DNA of 63,432 nt, counting the filler. It is 5 parts of 5 records of this genome, joined end to end, with 100 filler letters (N's around TTAATTAATTAA, not from the genome) between each part and the next. Parts side by side here need not be neighbours in the genome. Positions count along the whole stretch, not along the records: positions 1 to 29,040 come from DRR723986_1361; positions 29,141 to 39,275 come from DRR723986_1368; 3 more parts are not named here. One strand, given 5' to 3'. Both the position numbers and the translations under genes were made by a program. The notes under the pieces are model-generated. The model was given only the letters and a program-made list of their open reading frames with translations, ran no database searches and was not told where the DNA came from. Shown here piece after piece: positions 28,412-39,375 of the stretch. How positions within the stretch are numbered: the stretch's first letter is position 1; the number at the start of each line of letters is the position of its first letter.

Positions 28412-29040
28412 ATGAAAAAAATACATATTATCGGCTTAGGACTTCTGGGAGGCTCTTTTTCCTTGGCGGCAAAGGACAAATTTCCGGAGATTTTCATCAC
28501 AGGAACTGATGCTGATGAGAAGAATTTGCAGGATGCATTGAATCTTGGAATTATCCAGGAAGCTAAAGATACCCCTGCTGCTGATACTGACATCGTTATT
28601 TTAGCAACTCCAGCAGATACCTTGGGAGATCTTCTACTCAAAACTCTGGATCAGGTCGGTGAAAACACTCTGGTTTTTGATGTGGGATCTACGAAAGCTA
28701 AACTTTGTGCCATGGTGGCTCAACACCCAAGAAGAAAGCAATACCTCGCCGCTCACCCGATTGCCGGAACGGAGTATTCGGGACCAAAAGCAGCTTTTGG
28801 GGATTTGCTAGATCGCAAAGTCATGATCATCTGTGAGCTGGAACAAACTGACCTAAGTCTGAAAGAGAAAGCTTATGAGCTATTTGATGCGCTGAATCTG
28901 AAATTGAGATTTATGGATCCAGAGGAGCATGACCGCCACTTGGCTTTTGTGTCTCACCTTTCGCATATTTCTTCTTTTATGCTGGGCAAAACTGTCTTGC
29001 AGAAAATGGCAGATGAGAAAAACATCTTCGATATGGCGGG
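28412..29040 (+). CDS. tyrA: prephenate dehydrogenase, 3' truncated by contig end
   Basis: GLGLLGGS Rossmann motif, DVGSTK, HPIAGTE, HDRHLAFVSHLSH. Confidence 0.92.
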
Positions 29041-29140
29041 NNNNNNNNNNNNNNNNNNNNNNNNNNNNNNNNNNNNNNNNNNNNTTAATTAATTAANNNN
29101 NNNNNNNNNNNNNNNNNNNNNNNNNNNNNNNNNNNNNNNN
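29041..29140. other. artificial contig linker (N44-TTAATTAATTAA-N44)
   Basis: N runs around a 12-mer with stops in all six frames; identical at four places; composition changes across it. Confidence 0.97.
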
Positions 29141-29141
29141 A

Positions 29142-32100
29142 GGCAGCCAGTGGTGGGGCATGGCCCGCGACCTGCTGCAACGCAACGCCGTGTTTTCGGA
29201 TGCTGTTGACGCCTTTGATGCTGAGTTTATTCCGGTGGCTGGATGGTCGATCCGCGCAGAGCTGCTCAAGGATGAAGGCAGCAGCCGCATTGACGACACC
29301 ACCGTCACCCAGCCGGCGCTTTTTGCCATTCAATCGGGCCTCGCCGCGCTGTGGAAAGAATTTGGTGTTGAGCCGGATATGGTTGCCGGCCATTCGATTG
29401 GAGAGGCCGCTGCCAGCTATATCGCAAATGGTCTGTCACTGAGCGGTGCGGCCAAATTCCTGTCCAAGCGCGGCGTGATCCGTGACCAGCTGGGTGCCAA
29501 AGGCGCGATGGCGGCCATCGGCATGAACCAAGCTGACGTAGAGGCGATCCTGCCGACACATGGCAAATTGGGTATTGCTGCGATCAACGGTCCTGGCTCG
29601 ACCACAATCAGCGGCGACTATGATGCCCTGCACGAGTTCGTGGAAGAGTTCGAGATGCTCAACCCCGATACCTTCATTCGGGCTTTGACGGTCGATACCG
29701 CATGGCATTCCTATCATCTGGACGCTGGCGAGGACTGGTTCCGCCGCGAAATGGCGACGATTGATTGGTCTGTGCCAACCTTGCCGTTTATTTCGACGGT
29801 GACGGGGCAGCCTGAAACGAGATTTGATACAGACTATGGCTGGCTCAACCTGCGGCGGCCGGTCCGGTATCAGGCGGCGATTGAGACCGCCATCGACATG
29901 GGGGCGAACCTGTTTGTGGAGCTGGGCCCGGCGGCAACCCTCGCCGGCCCTACTAAAAGTACCGCCCTCGAAGCGGGCGCATCTGTCACTGTTCTGAACT
30001 CGATCAACCGCAAGGACAACGATTTTGACACCATGGCCCGCGCTGCCGCGGCGCTGTTTGCCATGGGCTACCCGCTGAATTGGCAAGCGATCACGGGCGC
30101 GCCAATATGCCATGTCGAATTGCCGCAAAACCAATGGGTGGAAGAATCGTTTTGGCAAGACAGTGAAGAAAGCCGTGGTCTGTTGTTCACGCCTGTCAAA
30201 CACCCGTTTCTGGGAATGCCGGAACGCGGCAATGGCACAACATGGACATCCGAGATCAACCTCAAGGCCTATCCTTATCTCAAAGATCACCGGATGCAGT
30301 CCGATGTGATTTTCCCCGCTGCGGGTTATGTCGATACGATGATTGCCCTGTGCCGAGATCAGTTTGGCCCCGACAAAATCATCGAGGTTGAAAACGCGAT
30401 TATCCATGAGGCCCTGTTCATCAATGCTGATGACGAGGTGTTGTTCAGCAATGTCTACGATCCCGAACGAGGGCGGGTGAAGCTGTATTCGCGGATCCGC
30501 GACGCCGAGGATGATTGGATTCTGCGCAGCGAAGCGAAAGTGCGTGTTCTGGATGTGAAGGCCCCCAAAGTGCGGCCCTTTGATCCTGAAGATCCATCTT
30601 ATGAAAAGATTGACGTAGCCTACGTTTATGATGTCGATGCCTCCACCGGATTGATCAACTACGGCACAGCGTTTCAGACCGTCCAAGATCTGTGGATGTC
30701 ACGGTCCAAAACCGTCGCGCGGATTGCCTTGCGCAAAGAGGGCGAGCCGACCAAAGACCGGCACCATCTGCACCCCACTATGTTCGACGGCTGTCTGCAA
30801 ATTCTTGAGCCAAGCATGACGCTCAAAAAGGTTGCGCAGGGCCGTCAGCCCGGTGATCCCGTTTGCCTGCCGGTTGGTCTGGGCCGGATGCGCGTTTATG
30901 CGGATTTCCCGGATGAGGTGATTGTCAGGGCTGATCAGTTCAAAAACACCAAGGGCTCAGACGCCTCCATTGGCTTTACCGTGATGGATCTGGACGGCAC
31001 CGTTCTCATGGTGGTTGAGGACGTGCGCGTAAAGCTGTTGCCGTCAAAGCAGGCCAAAGAAGAGGTCGACAGCGTTCCGGCGCATTTTGTCCGGCAAGAC
31101 ATTGTCGAACTGCGCGAGCCTTTGAGCGCAGATCCGAACACAGGACAGTGGATCGTTCTGACGCACGGCGGCGCGGACGAACCCGAGCTGATTGCGGCGA
31201 TGCAAGGGCTTGGCGCTGATGTTCGCTGCATCGCGCGGGATGTGTTGGGCGATGATCCCGGCGGCACCTTGGCCGATATGCTGGGCACCCAGATCGAAAG
31301 CGGCGGCCTGAGCGGCATTGTCGTCGGCTGGCCGCTTGGCCTAAGCGAGGCGACCGAGGACACCGGAACAAACGCATTGTTCGAACCCATAGACGCTTGC
31401 GTAAAAGACATCATTTCGCTTGGCGAGTTGATGGATTATGCCCGCGCTGGCACAAATGGATTGCCTGACTTTGTCTTTCTGACCTCGGGTGCCTATCCCG
31501 ACACAAACGGCCATGCACGCGGCGCAGCGATCCTTTCGCAAATGCCGATTGCTGCCATGGTGCGCGGGCTGGCCACAGAGGCACCCGAGTACAATGTGCG
31601 CGTGATTGATGCTGATGAACAGGCGCAGTCAGCGCCGCAGTTGTTGGCCCGTCAGATCCTAACGCCCAGCCCGGATACCGAAATCATCCTGCGCGGCGGC
31701 ACATGTTTCGCGCCGCGTTTGCATCATGCCGATCCTCAGGATTTTGACCCAAAGACACTGACTGTCCTTTCAAGCGATAACACCACCAACTTCCATGCGA
31801 CCATGCCATCACCCGGCGTGATCGATCAGGTTGGCTTGGTCGAAATCCCGCTCGCCTCCATCGGGCCAGAGGAGGTGCGTGTGCGCGTTTCTGCGGTCGG
31901 CCTGAATTTCCGCGATATTATGGCGGTCACAGGACTGTTGCCCATCGAAGCCGAGCCAGAGCCCGCATGGCAAAACCTCGGGCTTGAGTTCGGCGGCACA
32001 ATCGAAGCGGTTGGCACAGAGGTCAGCCGCTTTCAGCCTGGCGATCGGGTTATGGGCCTTGGCAAACGGTGCCTGCAACGTTTCATGACCATCCATCCTG

Positions 32101-35096
32101 ATGCGTTGACACTGGTGCCTGATCACATCTCACTGGCCGAAGCCTCCACCATTCCTAGTGCATTTGCGACGGCCCATTACGCGCTCAACCACGTGGGCCG
32201 AATGCGCAAAGGGGAGAGAGTATTCATCCACGTGGCGACAGGCGGTGTGGGCACGGCGGCCGTTCAACTGGCGCAAGCAGCCGGTGCCGAGATTTTTGCG
32301 ACAGCAGGTAGCCCGGCCAAACGGCGGCATCTAAAGGCGCTGGGCGTGCAGCATGTGATGGATTCACGCTCGCTCAAATTTGCCGATGACGTGATGCGGA
32401 TCACCAAGGGCAAGGGCGTTGATATTCTGCTCAACTCCTTGCCGGGGGACTTTATCGCCAAGGGGCTTGATATCATGGCGCCCTATGGCCGGTTTCTGGA
32501 GATCGGCAAGCGCGATGTCTACGAAGACGCCGCCATTGGCATGAAGGCGCTGCGCCGCAATGTGTCCCTGAGTGTGCTCGACCTTGCCGCGATGGGCGAG
32601 GAACGGCCGGATTTGATGGCAGACCTCTTTGCCGAACTGGCCGAGATGTTGACCGCGCAATCCCTGACGCCTTTGCCTCTGACGGAATTCCCCGTGAGCC
32701 AGGTAAGTGACGCGATCCGCTTTATGAGCCAGGCCAAACATATGGGCAAAGTGGTCGTGTCGTTGGATGAAGACCGCTTTGTGATCAAACGCGATGACAC
32801 GCGCGAAGTGAGCCTGTCAACGGATGCGAGCTATCTTGTGACTGGGGGCACCGGCGGGTTCAGCTTGAGTATTGCCGACTGGTTGTCCCGCGTCGGGGCA
32901 GGACATCTTGTTCTTGCGTCCCGCTCTGGCAAGATCGCCAAGGCAGATGAGAAAAAGATCAAGAAAATGCGGGATCGTGGCACCGAGGTATCTGTTGTTG
33001 CGCTGGATATCAGTGACACTGATGCAGTGGAACAGTTTGTCAGCGACGCGCAGGCCAGTGACCGACCGCTCAAAGGTGTGGTGCATGGCGCGGCGGTGAT
33101 CAAAGATGGATTTGCCAACCAGCTCACGCCAGAAATGATCACCGATGTGCTGTCTCCCAAGATCAAAGGGGCATGGAATCTGCACCGTGCCTTTGCTGCC
33201 ACCGGTACAGAGCCTGATTTCATGATCGGTTTTTCCTCCATTGCGCAGGCAACGGGATCGGCAGGGCAGACCAACTACATTGCCGGCAACGCCTTTTTGG
33301 ACGCGCTTGCACATTACCGGTTGTCATTGGGCCGTCCGGGCACCGCCATCGACTGGGGTGTGATTGCAGATGCAGGGTTTGTGTCCCGCAACAGCGCCTT
33401 GGCCTCCTATCTGGAAAGCGTAGGACAATTCGGGCTTGATCGCAAAGACACAGACGCCGCCATGGAATTGGCAATTGCCCGCGATGCGCCGACGTTTGTC
33501 TACTCCCGCGCGGACTGGGCGCAGGTGGCCCGCGCCAACCCTGCACTCGGCGCATCGCCGCGTCTGGCCAGCGTTCTTGATGCGACGGGCGGTGGCACAA
33601 CCGAAATCCGGGCGCGTCTGATGCAATTGTCGGGCGAGGAATTGATTTCTGAGGCCGAGGATTACATTAAGGATGAGATCACCAACGTCCTGAAGATCGA
33701 AAAGAGCGTCATCCAGGTGGAGCGCCCGATGAGCGAACTGGGCCTCGACAGCCTGTCTTCGTTTGAACTGAAGATCCGCATAGAAACGGCCCTGCAAGCC
33801 ACGATCCCAGTGTCAAAGTTCCTGCAAGCGCCCTCCATCCGCGAATTGTCAACCATGCTTGCCGCCGAGATTGAATTGATCCGCCGGGCCGAGGCGGCTG
33901 CTTTGGCGCAGGGAGAGGCGTCAGGGGTAACGTTGGGCGAAGGAAAAACTTCTGGAGGATTCGCCGCAAGCAACAGGCAGATCGGGGTGCTGCGCGATGT
34001 GGCCGCGCCTATGACATCGGAACCTGCGCAAACCGCGATGGAACATTCCGCCATTTGCAATCTGGAGAAACACATCGCCGCAGGCGACCTTGAAAAAGCC
34101 CTCCGCAAAGTCGAACGCCGCCATCCGCTGTTGACCATGAGGGTCGGGTTGGATGGCCAGATCAAACCCGGCGGTCCGGGTGTGACGCTTATCCAGGGAA
34201 CAGATGATACGCCTCTTGAGGTTGCAAACGGCGCATGGGCGCGGCTGTCCTGCCAATATCAGGGCGATCAGACGTTTCTTGCCCTGCGCCTGCATCACGC
34301 GGCCGGGGATGCCGCTTCGGCAGATTTGCTATTGCAGGAAATCACGCAGGTGCTGGCGGGCGAAGCTTTGGCAAAACCGGTACCGCGTCGCAAGCTCTTG
34401 TCACATCTGGCCAACGGCCGGTTTGACGCGGAAGACCCGGCTTCACAACAAGACCGTGCGTTCTGGTGGTACGCGCTTACTGCGGCGCCAGCCCGCCCGG
34501 TGCCTTTCAGCACCCGCAGTCGCGCGCTCGTGCCGCCTCTGGCTGGCCGAAACCACGGGCCAGCGGAGGTGATCACTGCATCGGTTACAGGCGTGCGGAC
34601 AACCTCCACATTGCTATGTGCTTTTGCAACGGCCCTGCGCGATGCCACCCGCAGCACAGGTCCGGTTCTGATCGGACGAAGAACCTCACTGCGCGCGGGT
34701 TTGCCGACGGGATCGGCCATTGGCCCCTTTGACGTCGAGCAGCCCCTGCCAGTGCCGACCACCCGTGCAGGACGCGCCGATCTGGCGCAATTTGACCGCG
34801 TTCTGGCCGCCGCGGATAAGCACCGCAAATTTGACAGCTATGCCGCCGCGGCGGAGTTCGCGTCGGCCTTTGAAGATTGGGATGTCTCGCCCTTCCAGAT
34901 CCTCTTTGAAGAGGTTGATACGTTTTCCAGCGTTGCGCCGCGCAATCTGTTGCATGATGTTTGGTTGCAGGTGTGCATTCAGGACGGCCAAACCCGTTTG
35001 CGTCTGATCTATGACCGCGACGTTGTATCGCCGCAGACGGCACAATCTGTTTCAGACAACCTACTGACCAGCCTGACGCAGGTAGAACCCGTTTGA
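29142..35096 (+). CDS. highly reducing type I polyketide synthase, 5' truncated: AT-DH-(pseudoKR)-ER-KR-ACP-condensation-like domain
   Basis: Frame open from the contig edge (GSQWWGM); AT GHSIG; DH HPFLG...DHRMQSDVIFPAAG and DGCLQ; ER GLNFRD, HVATGGVG; KR GGTGGF, GQTNY; ACP LGLDSL; C-like HHAAGD. Confidence 0.92.
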   Translation, partial: GSQWWGMARDLLQRNAVFSDAVDAFDAEFIPVAGWSIRAELLKDEGSSRIDDTTVTQPALFAIQSGLAALWKEFGVEPDMVAGHSIGEAAASYIANGLSLSGAAKFLSKRGVIRDQLGAKGAMAAIGMNQADVEAILPTHGKLGIAAINGPGSTTISGDYDALHEFVEEFEMLNPDTFIRALTVDTAWHSYHLDAGEDWFRREMATIDWSVPTLPFISTVTGQPETRFDTDYGWLNLRRPVRYQAAIETAIDMGANLFVELGPAATLAGPTKSTALEAGASVTVLNSINRKDNDFDTMARAAAALFAMGYPLNWQAITGAPICHVELPQNQWVEESFWQDSEESRGLLFTPVKHPFLGMPERGNGTTWTSEINLKAYPYLKDHRMQSDVIFPAAGYVDTMIALCRDQFGPDKIIEVENAIIHEALFINADDEVLFSNVYDPERGRVKLYSRIRDAEDDWILRSEAKVRVLDVKAPKVRPFDPEDPSYEKIDVAYVYDVDASTGLINYGTAFQTVQDLWMSRSKTVARIALRKEGEPTKDRHHLHPTMFDGCLQILEPSMTLKKVAQGRQPGDPVCLPVGLGRMRVYADFPDEVIVRADQFKNTKGSDASIGFTVMDLDGTVLMVVEDVRVKLLPSKQAKEEVDSVPAHFVRQDIVELREPLSADPNTGQWIVLTHGGADEPELIAAMQGLGADVRCIARDVLGDDPGGTLADMLGTQIESGGLSGIVVGWPLGLSEATEDTGTNALFEPIDACVKDIISLGELMDYARAGTNGLPDFVFLTSGAYPDTNGHARGAAILSQMPIAAMVRGLATEAPEYNVRVIDADEQAQSAPQLLARQILTPSPDTEIILRGGTCFAPRLHHADPQDFDPKTLTVLSSDNTTNFHATMPSPGVIDQVGLVEIPLASIGPEEVRVRVSAVGLNFRDIMAVTGLLPIEAEPEPAWQNLGLEFGGTIEAVGTEVSRFQPGDRVMGLGKRCLQRFMTIHPDALTLVPDHISLAEASTIPSAFATAHYALNHVGRMRKGERVFIHVATGGVGTAAVQLAQAAGAEIFATAGSPAKRRHLKALGVQHVMDSRSLKFADDVMRITKGKGVDILLNSLPGDFIAKGLDIMAPYGRFLEIGKRDVYEDAAIGMKALRRNVSLSVLDLAAMGEERPDLMADLFAELAEMLTAQSLTPLPLTEFPVSQVSDAIRFMSQAKHMGKVVVSLDEDRFVIKRDDTREVSLSTDASYLVTGGTGGFSLSIADWLSRVGAGHLVLASRSGKIAKADEKKIKKMRDRGTEVSVVALDISDTDAVEQFVSDAQASDRPLKGVVHGAAVIKDGFANQLTPEMITDVLSPKIKGAWNLHRAFAATGTEPDFMIGFSSIAQATGSAGQTNYIAGNAFLDALAHYRLSLGRPGTAIDWGVIADAGFVSRNSALASYLESVGQFGLDRKDTDAAMELAIARDAPTFVYSRADWAQVARANPALGASPRLASVLDATGGGTTEIRARLMQLSGEELISEAEDYIKDEITNVLKIEKSVIQVERPMSELGLDSLSSFELKIRIETALQATIPVSKFLQAPSIRELSTMLAAEIELIRRAEAAALAQGEASGVTLGEGKTSGGFAASNRQIGVLRDVAAPMTSEPAQTAMEHSAICNLEKHIAAGDLEKALRKVERRHPLLTMRVGLDGQIKPGGPGVTLIQGTDDTPLEVANGAWARLSCQYQGDQTFLALRLHHAAGDAASADLLLQEITQVLAGEALAKPVPRRKLLSHLANGRFDAEDPASQQDRAFWWYALTAAPARPVPFSTRSRALVPPLAGRNHGPAEVITASVTGVRTTSTLLCAFATALRDATRSTGPVLIGRRTSLRAGLPTGSAIGPFDVEQPLPVPTTRAGRADLAQFDRVLAAADKHRKFDSYAAAAEFASAFEDWDVSPFQILFEEVDTFSSVAPRNLLHDVWLQVCIQDGQTRLRLIYDRDVVSPQTAQSVSDNLLTSLTQVEPV

Positions 35097-36469
35097 TGGC
35101 ACAAAAAGAGTTAGCGGCACCGGCAAAGCCAACGATCTACCCTGTCACAACATGGCAGCAATACCTGCTGGATGAGGCGACCCATCCTGACTGTACCGAC
35201 GATCTGCGGGACAGGTTTATCCTGTCCAATGCCTTTCTCGTGCGCCCCAAAATTGATCTGCGCCGCCTGCGCCGGGCCGTGGACAAACTGCGAGAACGGC
35301 ACGACAGTCTGCGCATCCGGCTTTGCCAGATCAAAGGCAAATGGCGTGCCGTGATTGACCCGCCACGTGGTGAAACCATCCGCGAAGTGGATTTAGGGGA
35401 CCTGAGCGACGAGGACTTCTTGCCCTCAATTTCGGCGATTTCCAATGCGCCGATGCCGTTGATTGACGCCCCCCTCGCCGAGGTCATCGTGGCCCATTGC
35501 GGCATGCGCGGCGATGTCCTGATCACGCGGGTGCATCATGCGATTACCGATGGGTACGGCATGGTGGTCCTTACGGAAGATCTGACGAAGTTCCTGATCG
35601 GACTGCCAGTTACGGGCAAGGCTGTATCACATGCCGACTACATTAAGCGGTTTCAATCCCCCCGACCCAGCCACGCAGCCAAGACCGAAGCCTTTTGGGA
35701 CGCACTGCACCGCGACCTGCCGCCAGAACCCAATGTCGGGCGCAAGGCAAAGGGGATAGAACCGCTGTCTTATGCGCTGGGAAAGGTCGACCAACGGCAA
35801 CTGACCTGCCGGGCCACTCCAGACAGCCTTCGATCCTTCGAAGCGCGGGCCAAGGCGGCGAACCTCAGCGCGACAACGCTCTTGTTCGCAGCCTACCTCG
35901 AAGCGATCTGTCAGTGCTACGATCTGGACCGGCTGATGTTTATGGTTGCGATCTCTCGCAGTGATCCGGCCCTTGATACCTATGCGGGGGATCACACGCT
36001 TGATCCAATTTTGCCATATCGCCGCTTCGGATCATTGCGGATCATTGACGCGGGCAAGGCACTTGCCGACTCCTTTGCCGAGGCGATGGCCCATCTGCCA
36101 TCTGATGCGGCACGCCGGGGAACAGCCTATCAGCGGAGGTTGATCGAACGTGGGTGCAATCCGAGCCAGTTTTCCGTGCATCAACCTCGCGCCATGTCCC
36201 GCCAAGACAGATCCATGTTCAGCGAGGGGTTTTACGCGGGCGTCGGGGTTATCCAGAAGATCGGACCCTTCACGCTTGAAGCGTTGGATATTTCGGTCCG
36301 GCGGCGACGATTTGCGGATATGCGACTTGAGGTGGGATCGGCCAAGGTTCGCACAGGGTTTGGCCTGTCTTATGACGGGATCAGCTATACCGAGGACGAA
36401 GCCAGAAAGATTGTAAACACGATCTGCCAATTTCTTGACCTGGAACCGGTGGGCATGGATTTGACATGA
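35093..36469 (+). CDS. stand-alone condensation-domain / PapA-like acyltransferase
   Basis: RHDSLR, HHAITDG (HHxxxDG) and AFW motifs; no A or T domain; overlaps the PKS stop. Confidence 0.85.
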   Translation: MMAQKELAAPAKPTIYPVTTWQQYLLDEATHPDCTDDLRDRFILSNAFLVRPKIDLRRLRRAVDKLRERHDSLRIRLCQIKGKWRAVIDPPRGETIREVDLGDLSDEDFLPSISAISNAPMPLIDAPLAEVIVAHCGMRGDVLITRVHHAITDGYGMVVLTEDLTKFLIGLPVTGKAVSHADYIKRFQSPRPSHAAKTEAFWDALHRDLPPEPNVGRKAKGIEPLSYALGKVDQRQLTCRATPDSLRSFEARAKAANLSATTLLFAAYLEAICQCYDLDRLMFMVAISRSDPALDTYAGDHTLDPILPYRRFGSLRIIDAGKALADSFAEAMAHLPSDAARRGTAYQRRLIERGCNPSQFSVHQPRAMSRQDRSMFSEGFYAGVGVIQKIGPFTLEALDISVRRRRFADMRLEVGSAKVRTGFGLSYDGISYTEDEARKIVNTICQFLDLEPVGMDLT

Positions 36470-37638
36470 CCAAGAAGCCCGCCGCCAAAGAACCGATCAA
36501 CCTGCGCCAGTTCGGGTTCCACCCGTTATCGCTGCGGCTTTGGCATGGGATGGCGCTGGATGCGTGGCTTCGTGCGATGAAGGGCAAATGGCATATGGTC
36601 TCGCCCAGCCGTTACCCGCTTGTTGCGATGATCACCCTTTTCAGCATCGGCAACTTGGGGCTCAAATGGCTGTCGCAATTGATCTACGGACGGCGGTTGG
36701 CCAAAGTCGAAATTGTGCCAGACCCGATATTTGTCATCGGGCATTGGCGCAGTGGAACTACTTGGCTGCACCAGTTGATGATCTCTGACCCACGCCATGC
36801 GGCCCCGGATGTCAGGGCCTGTTTCCGCCCGGAAACATTTCTGGTCGGGCGCGGGATTTTGACACCGGTATTGCGCTGGGCGCTTCGGGAAAAACGCCCG
36901 ATGGACAATGTCCGCCTGAAACTGGATAGCCCTGAAGAAGACGAGCACGGAATAACTCTATCCGGCGCATTGTCTCCGTACCGTCACAACATGTTTCCCG
37001 ACGATGTACGTCGGGTGCCCACGAACCCTGATGAGATGACCACCACGGAGGCAGTGTTCTGGCGCAAAAAATGGCTGGCATTCCTAACGCGGGTCCAGTT
37101 TGTGAACCCAGGAAAACGTCTGGTGCTGAAATCGCCAACGCACACGATGCGTACCAAAGAAATCTTGCGGATTTTTCCGAATGCAAAGTTCATCCATATT
37201 GTTCGAGATCCCTATAAAGTGCTGCTGTCCAATCGAGACATGCGCACTGCGATCTGGTCAGTGTGCTCGCTGCAAGACCATTTGCCCTCGCTGGAAAACC
37301 GCGACGCCAGTATGATCAAGCGTTCCGTGGCGTTTCACAAACAGTTTGACCAGGATCGGCGCCACATTCCCGATGACCAGATTATCACTCTGCGATATGA
37401 GGATTTGAGGGCAGATCCCATTGCGAGTATGCGCACAATCTACTCTCATCTAAACCTTGGTGATTTTGCGTTGATTGAGGGCAATCTCGGCACGATGGTC
37501 GGGCCTGCGCGTCCCTATCAAAACAACCGGTATGAGCTGGACGATCAAACCCGGGCGATGGTGGATGATCAATTTAGCGACTTCTTTGAGCAGTACGGCT
37601 ACGTGCCGATGGATCAACGCCCGGCAGCCGCGCCATGA
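36466..37638 (+). CDS. PAPS-dependent sulfotransferase
   Basis: PIFVIGHWRSGTTWL 5'-PSB loop, LKSPTH, IVRDPY 3'-PB, RYEDL; N-terminal hydrophobic segment. Confidence 0.9.
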   Translation: MTKKPAAKEPINLRQFGFHPLSLRLWHGMALDAWLRAMKGKWHMVSPSRYPLVAMITLFSIGNLGLKWLSQLIYGRRLAKVEIVPDPIFVIGHWRSGTTWLHQLMISDPRHAAPDVRACFRPETFLVGRGILTPVLRWALREKRPMDNVRLKLDSPEEDEHGITLSGALSPYRHNMFPDDVRRVPTNPDEMTTTEAVFWRKKWLAFLTRVQFVNPGKRLVLKSPTHTMRTKEILRIFPNAKFIHIVRDPYKVLLSNRDMRTAIWSVCSLQDHLPSLENRDASMIKRSVAFHKQFDQDRRHIPDDQIITLRYEDLRADPIASMRTIYSHLNLGDFALIEGNLGTMVGPARPYQNNRYELDDQTRAMVDDQFSDFFEQYGYVPMDQRPAAAP

Positions 37639-39275
37639 CCCTGTCCGAGCGGATCACCCACTGGCTGTTCCGGTTTCGGATTGTTGCATTGGTTTTGTTT
37701 GCAGCGCTGATCGTTGGTCTGTCATCCGGTATCCCCCGTTTGGAATTCTCATCCGACAGTCGCGGGTTCTTTGGGCATAGCAACACAGAATTCGCGGATG
37801 TTTTACAGATCGAAGAGACCTATACGGTTTCCAACACTCTGCTTTTGATGGTTGTCCCACCGCCGGGCCGCGCCTTTGCCCCCGACAGCTTGAAGATCTT
37901 GCAGCAGATGACCGATGACGCATGGCAAATGCCCTATGCCCTGCGCATCGATTCCGCGATCAACCACATGCATTCCTATGCCCAAGGCGACGACATCCTT
38001 GTGGAGCCGATGCTGGATGAAGATGCCGAGATCACGCCAGAGGCGGCGGAACGGTTTCGCGAATTGGCCATGGCATCCGGCACCCTGCGCAATACGCTTT
38101 TGTCCGAGAATGGCGATGCCTATGGGATCACCATTCGCGTTATTCTCCCCAAGGAAGAGGGCAAACCGGCGGCGCGCAAAGAGGTCGAGCAGTTCCTCAA
38201 ACAATTGCGCGATGATTGGCAAGCTGCCTATCCGGGTTGGCAGGTGCGCATTGCTGGCGGTCTGCTAGGCAACACCCTTTTGGCTCAGGTCGCGGTTGAG
38301 GATATCCTCTATCTCGTTCCTCTTGCGCTTATGGCTGTGGTCGTTCTTTTCATCGTTGCACTCGGCTCCTTTGCGGCTGTCGCGGCGTCGGTTGTTGTCT
38401 TGGTCTGTGCAACACTGGCCACCTTTGGATTTGCCGGATGGGCCAATGTCGCGTTGACGGCGGGCACGGCGATTGGCCCGCTTGCGGTGATGGTTCTGGT
38501 CTCAACCAGTTGCGTCCACATCGTGCTTGGCACCATCCGCGCAGCCGAAGCGGGGCAGGAGGGTGATCCATTTCGCCATGCCATCACGCAGAACCTAGCG
38601 CCGGTGACGGTCAGCCATCTGACAACGGCTTTTGGATTTTTGTGCCTGAATTTCGCCCCGTCGCCGCCCTTGGCCCAGATGGGCAATATCGTGGCATTTG
38701 GGTTGATGGTCGGCCATGTGTCGGTGTTTGTAGTCCTGCCAAACGTGTTGCACGCCGCCTATCCACGCCGGGCAAGCCGCCTGATGGTCAGTGGGCAGGA
38801 TATGCGCCGGTTCGCTCGGTGGGTTCTAGGAAAAAGCCGGATCTGGCTGATGCTGTTTCCGGTCACCGGTGGACTGGCTGTTTTGGGTGTCCTGCGGCTG
38901 GACTACGACGACAATGTCATCCGCTATTTTGATCAACGCTACGAATTGCGGCAGGACGCCGAGGCCATTCAACAACGGCTGACAGGCCTTGAGGCGATGC
39001 AGTTCAATCTGCAAGCTGAGGGTGGTCAAAGCGTATTCGAACCGGAGTTCTTGAAAGCGGTGGATCGCTTTGCCCTGTGGTTGGAGGCGCAGCCGGATGT
39101 TGTGGCGGTGTCCTCTCTCACCCGGATCATCAAAGACCTGAACCAAAGCATGAATGGTGACGCGGAAGACGCCTTTGCAATAGCCAAGACCCAACCCGCG
39201 AACGCGCAGCTATTGATGTTCTACGAATTGTCTTTACCCGTCGGGATGGATCTGAACGTGATGATGGATGTGGAC
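37635..39275 (+). CDS. MMPL/RND family transporter, 3' truncated
   Basis: TM - large periplasmic loop - TM bundle - second loop architecture; LTTAFGFL motif. Confidence 0.85.
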
Positions 39276-39375
39276 NNNNNNNNNNNNNNNNNNNNNNNNN
39301 NNNNNNNNNNNNNNNNNNNTTAATTAATTAANNNNNNNNNNNNNNNNNNNNNNNNNNNNNNNNNNNNNNNNNNNN
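39276..39375. other. artificial contig linker
   Basis: N44-TTAATTAATTAA-N44. Confidence 0.97.

Noticed and set aside
29085-29096. TTAATTAATTAA repeated four times as a biological repeat or att site
   Set aside because: Always centred in N44 runs; a synthetic six-frame stop linker
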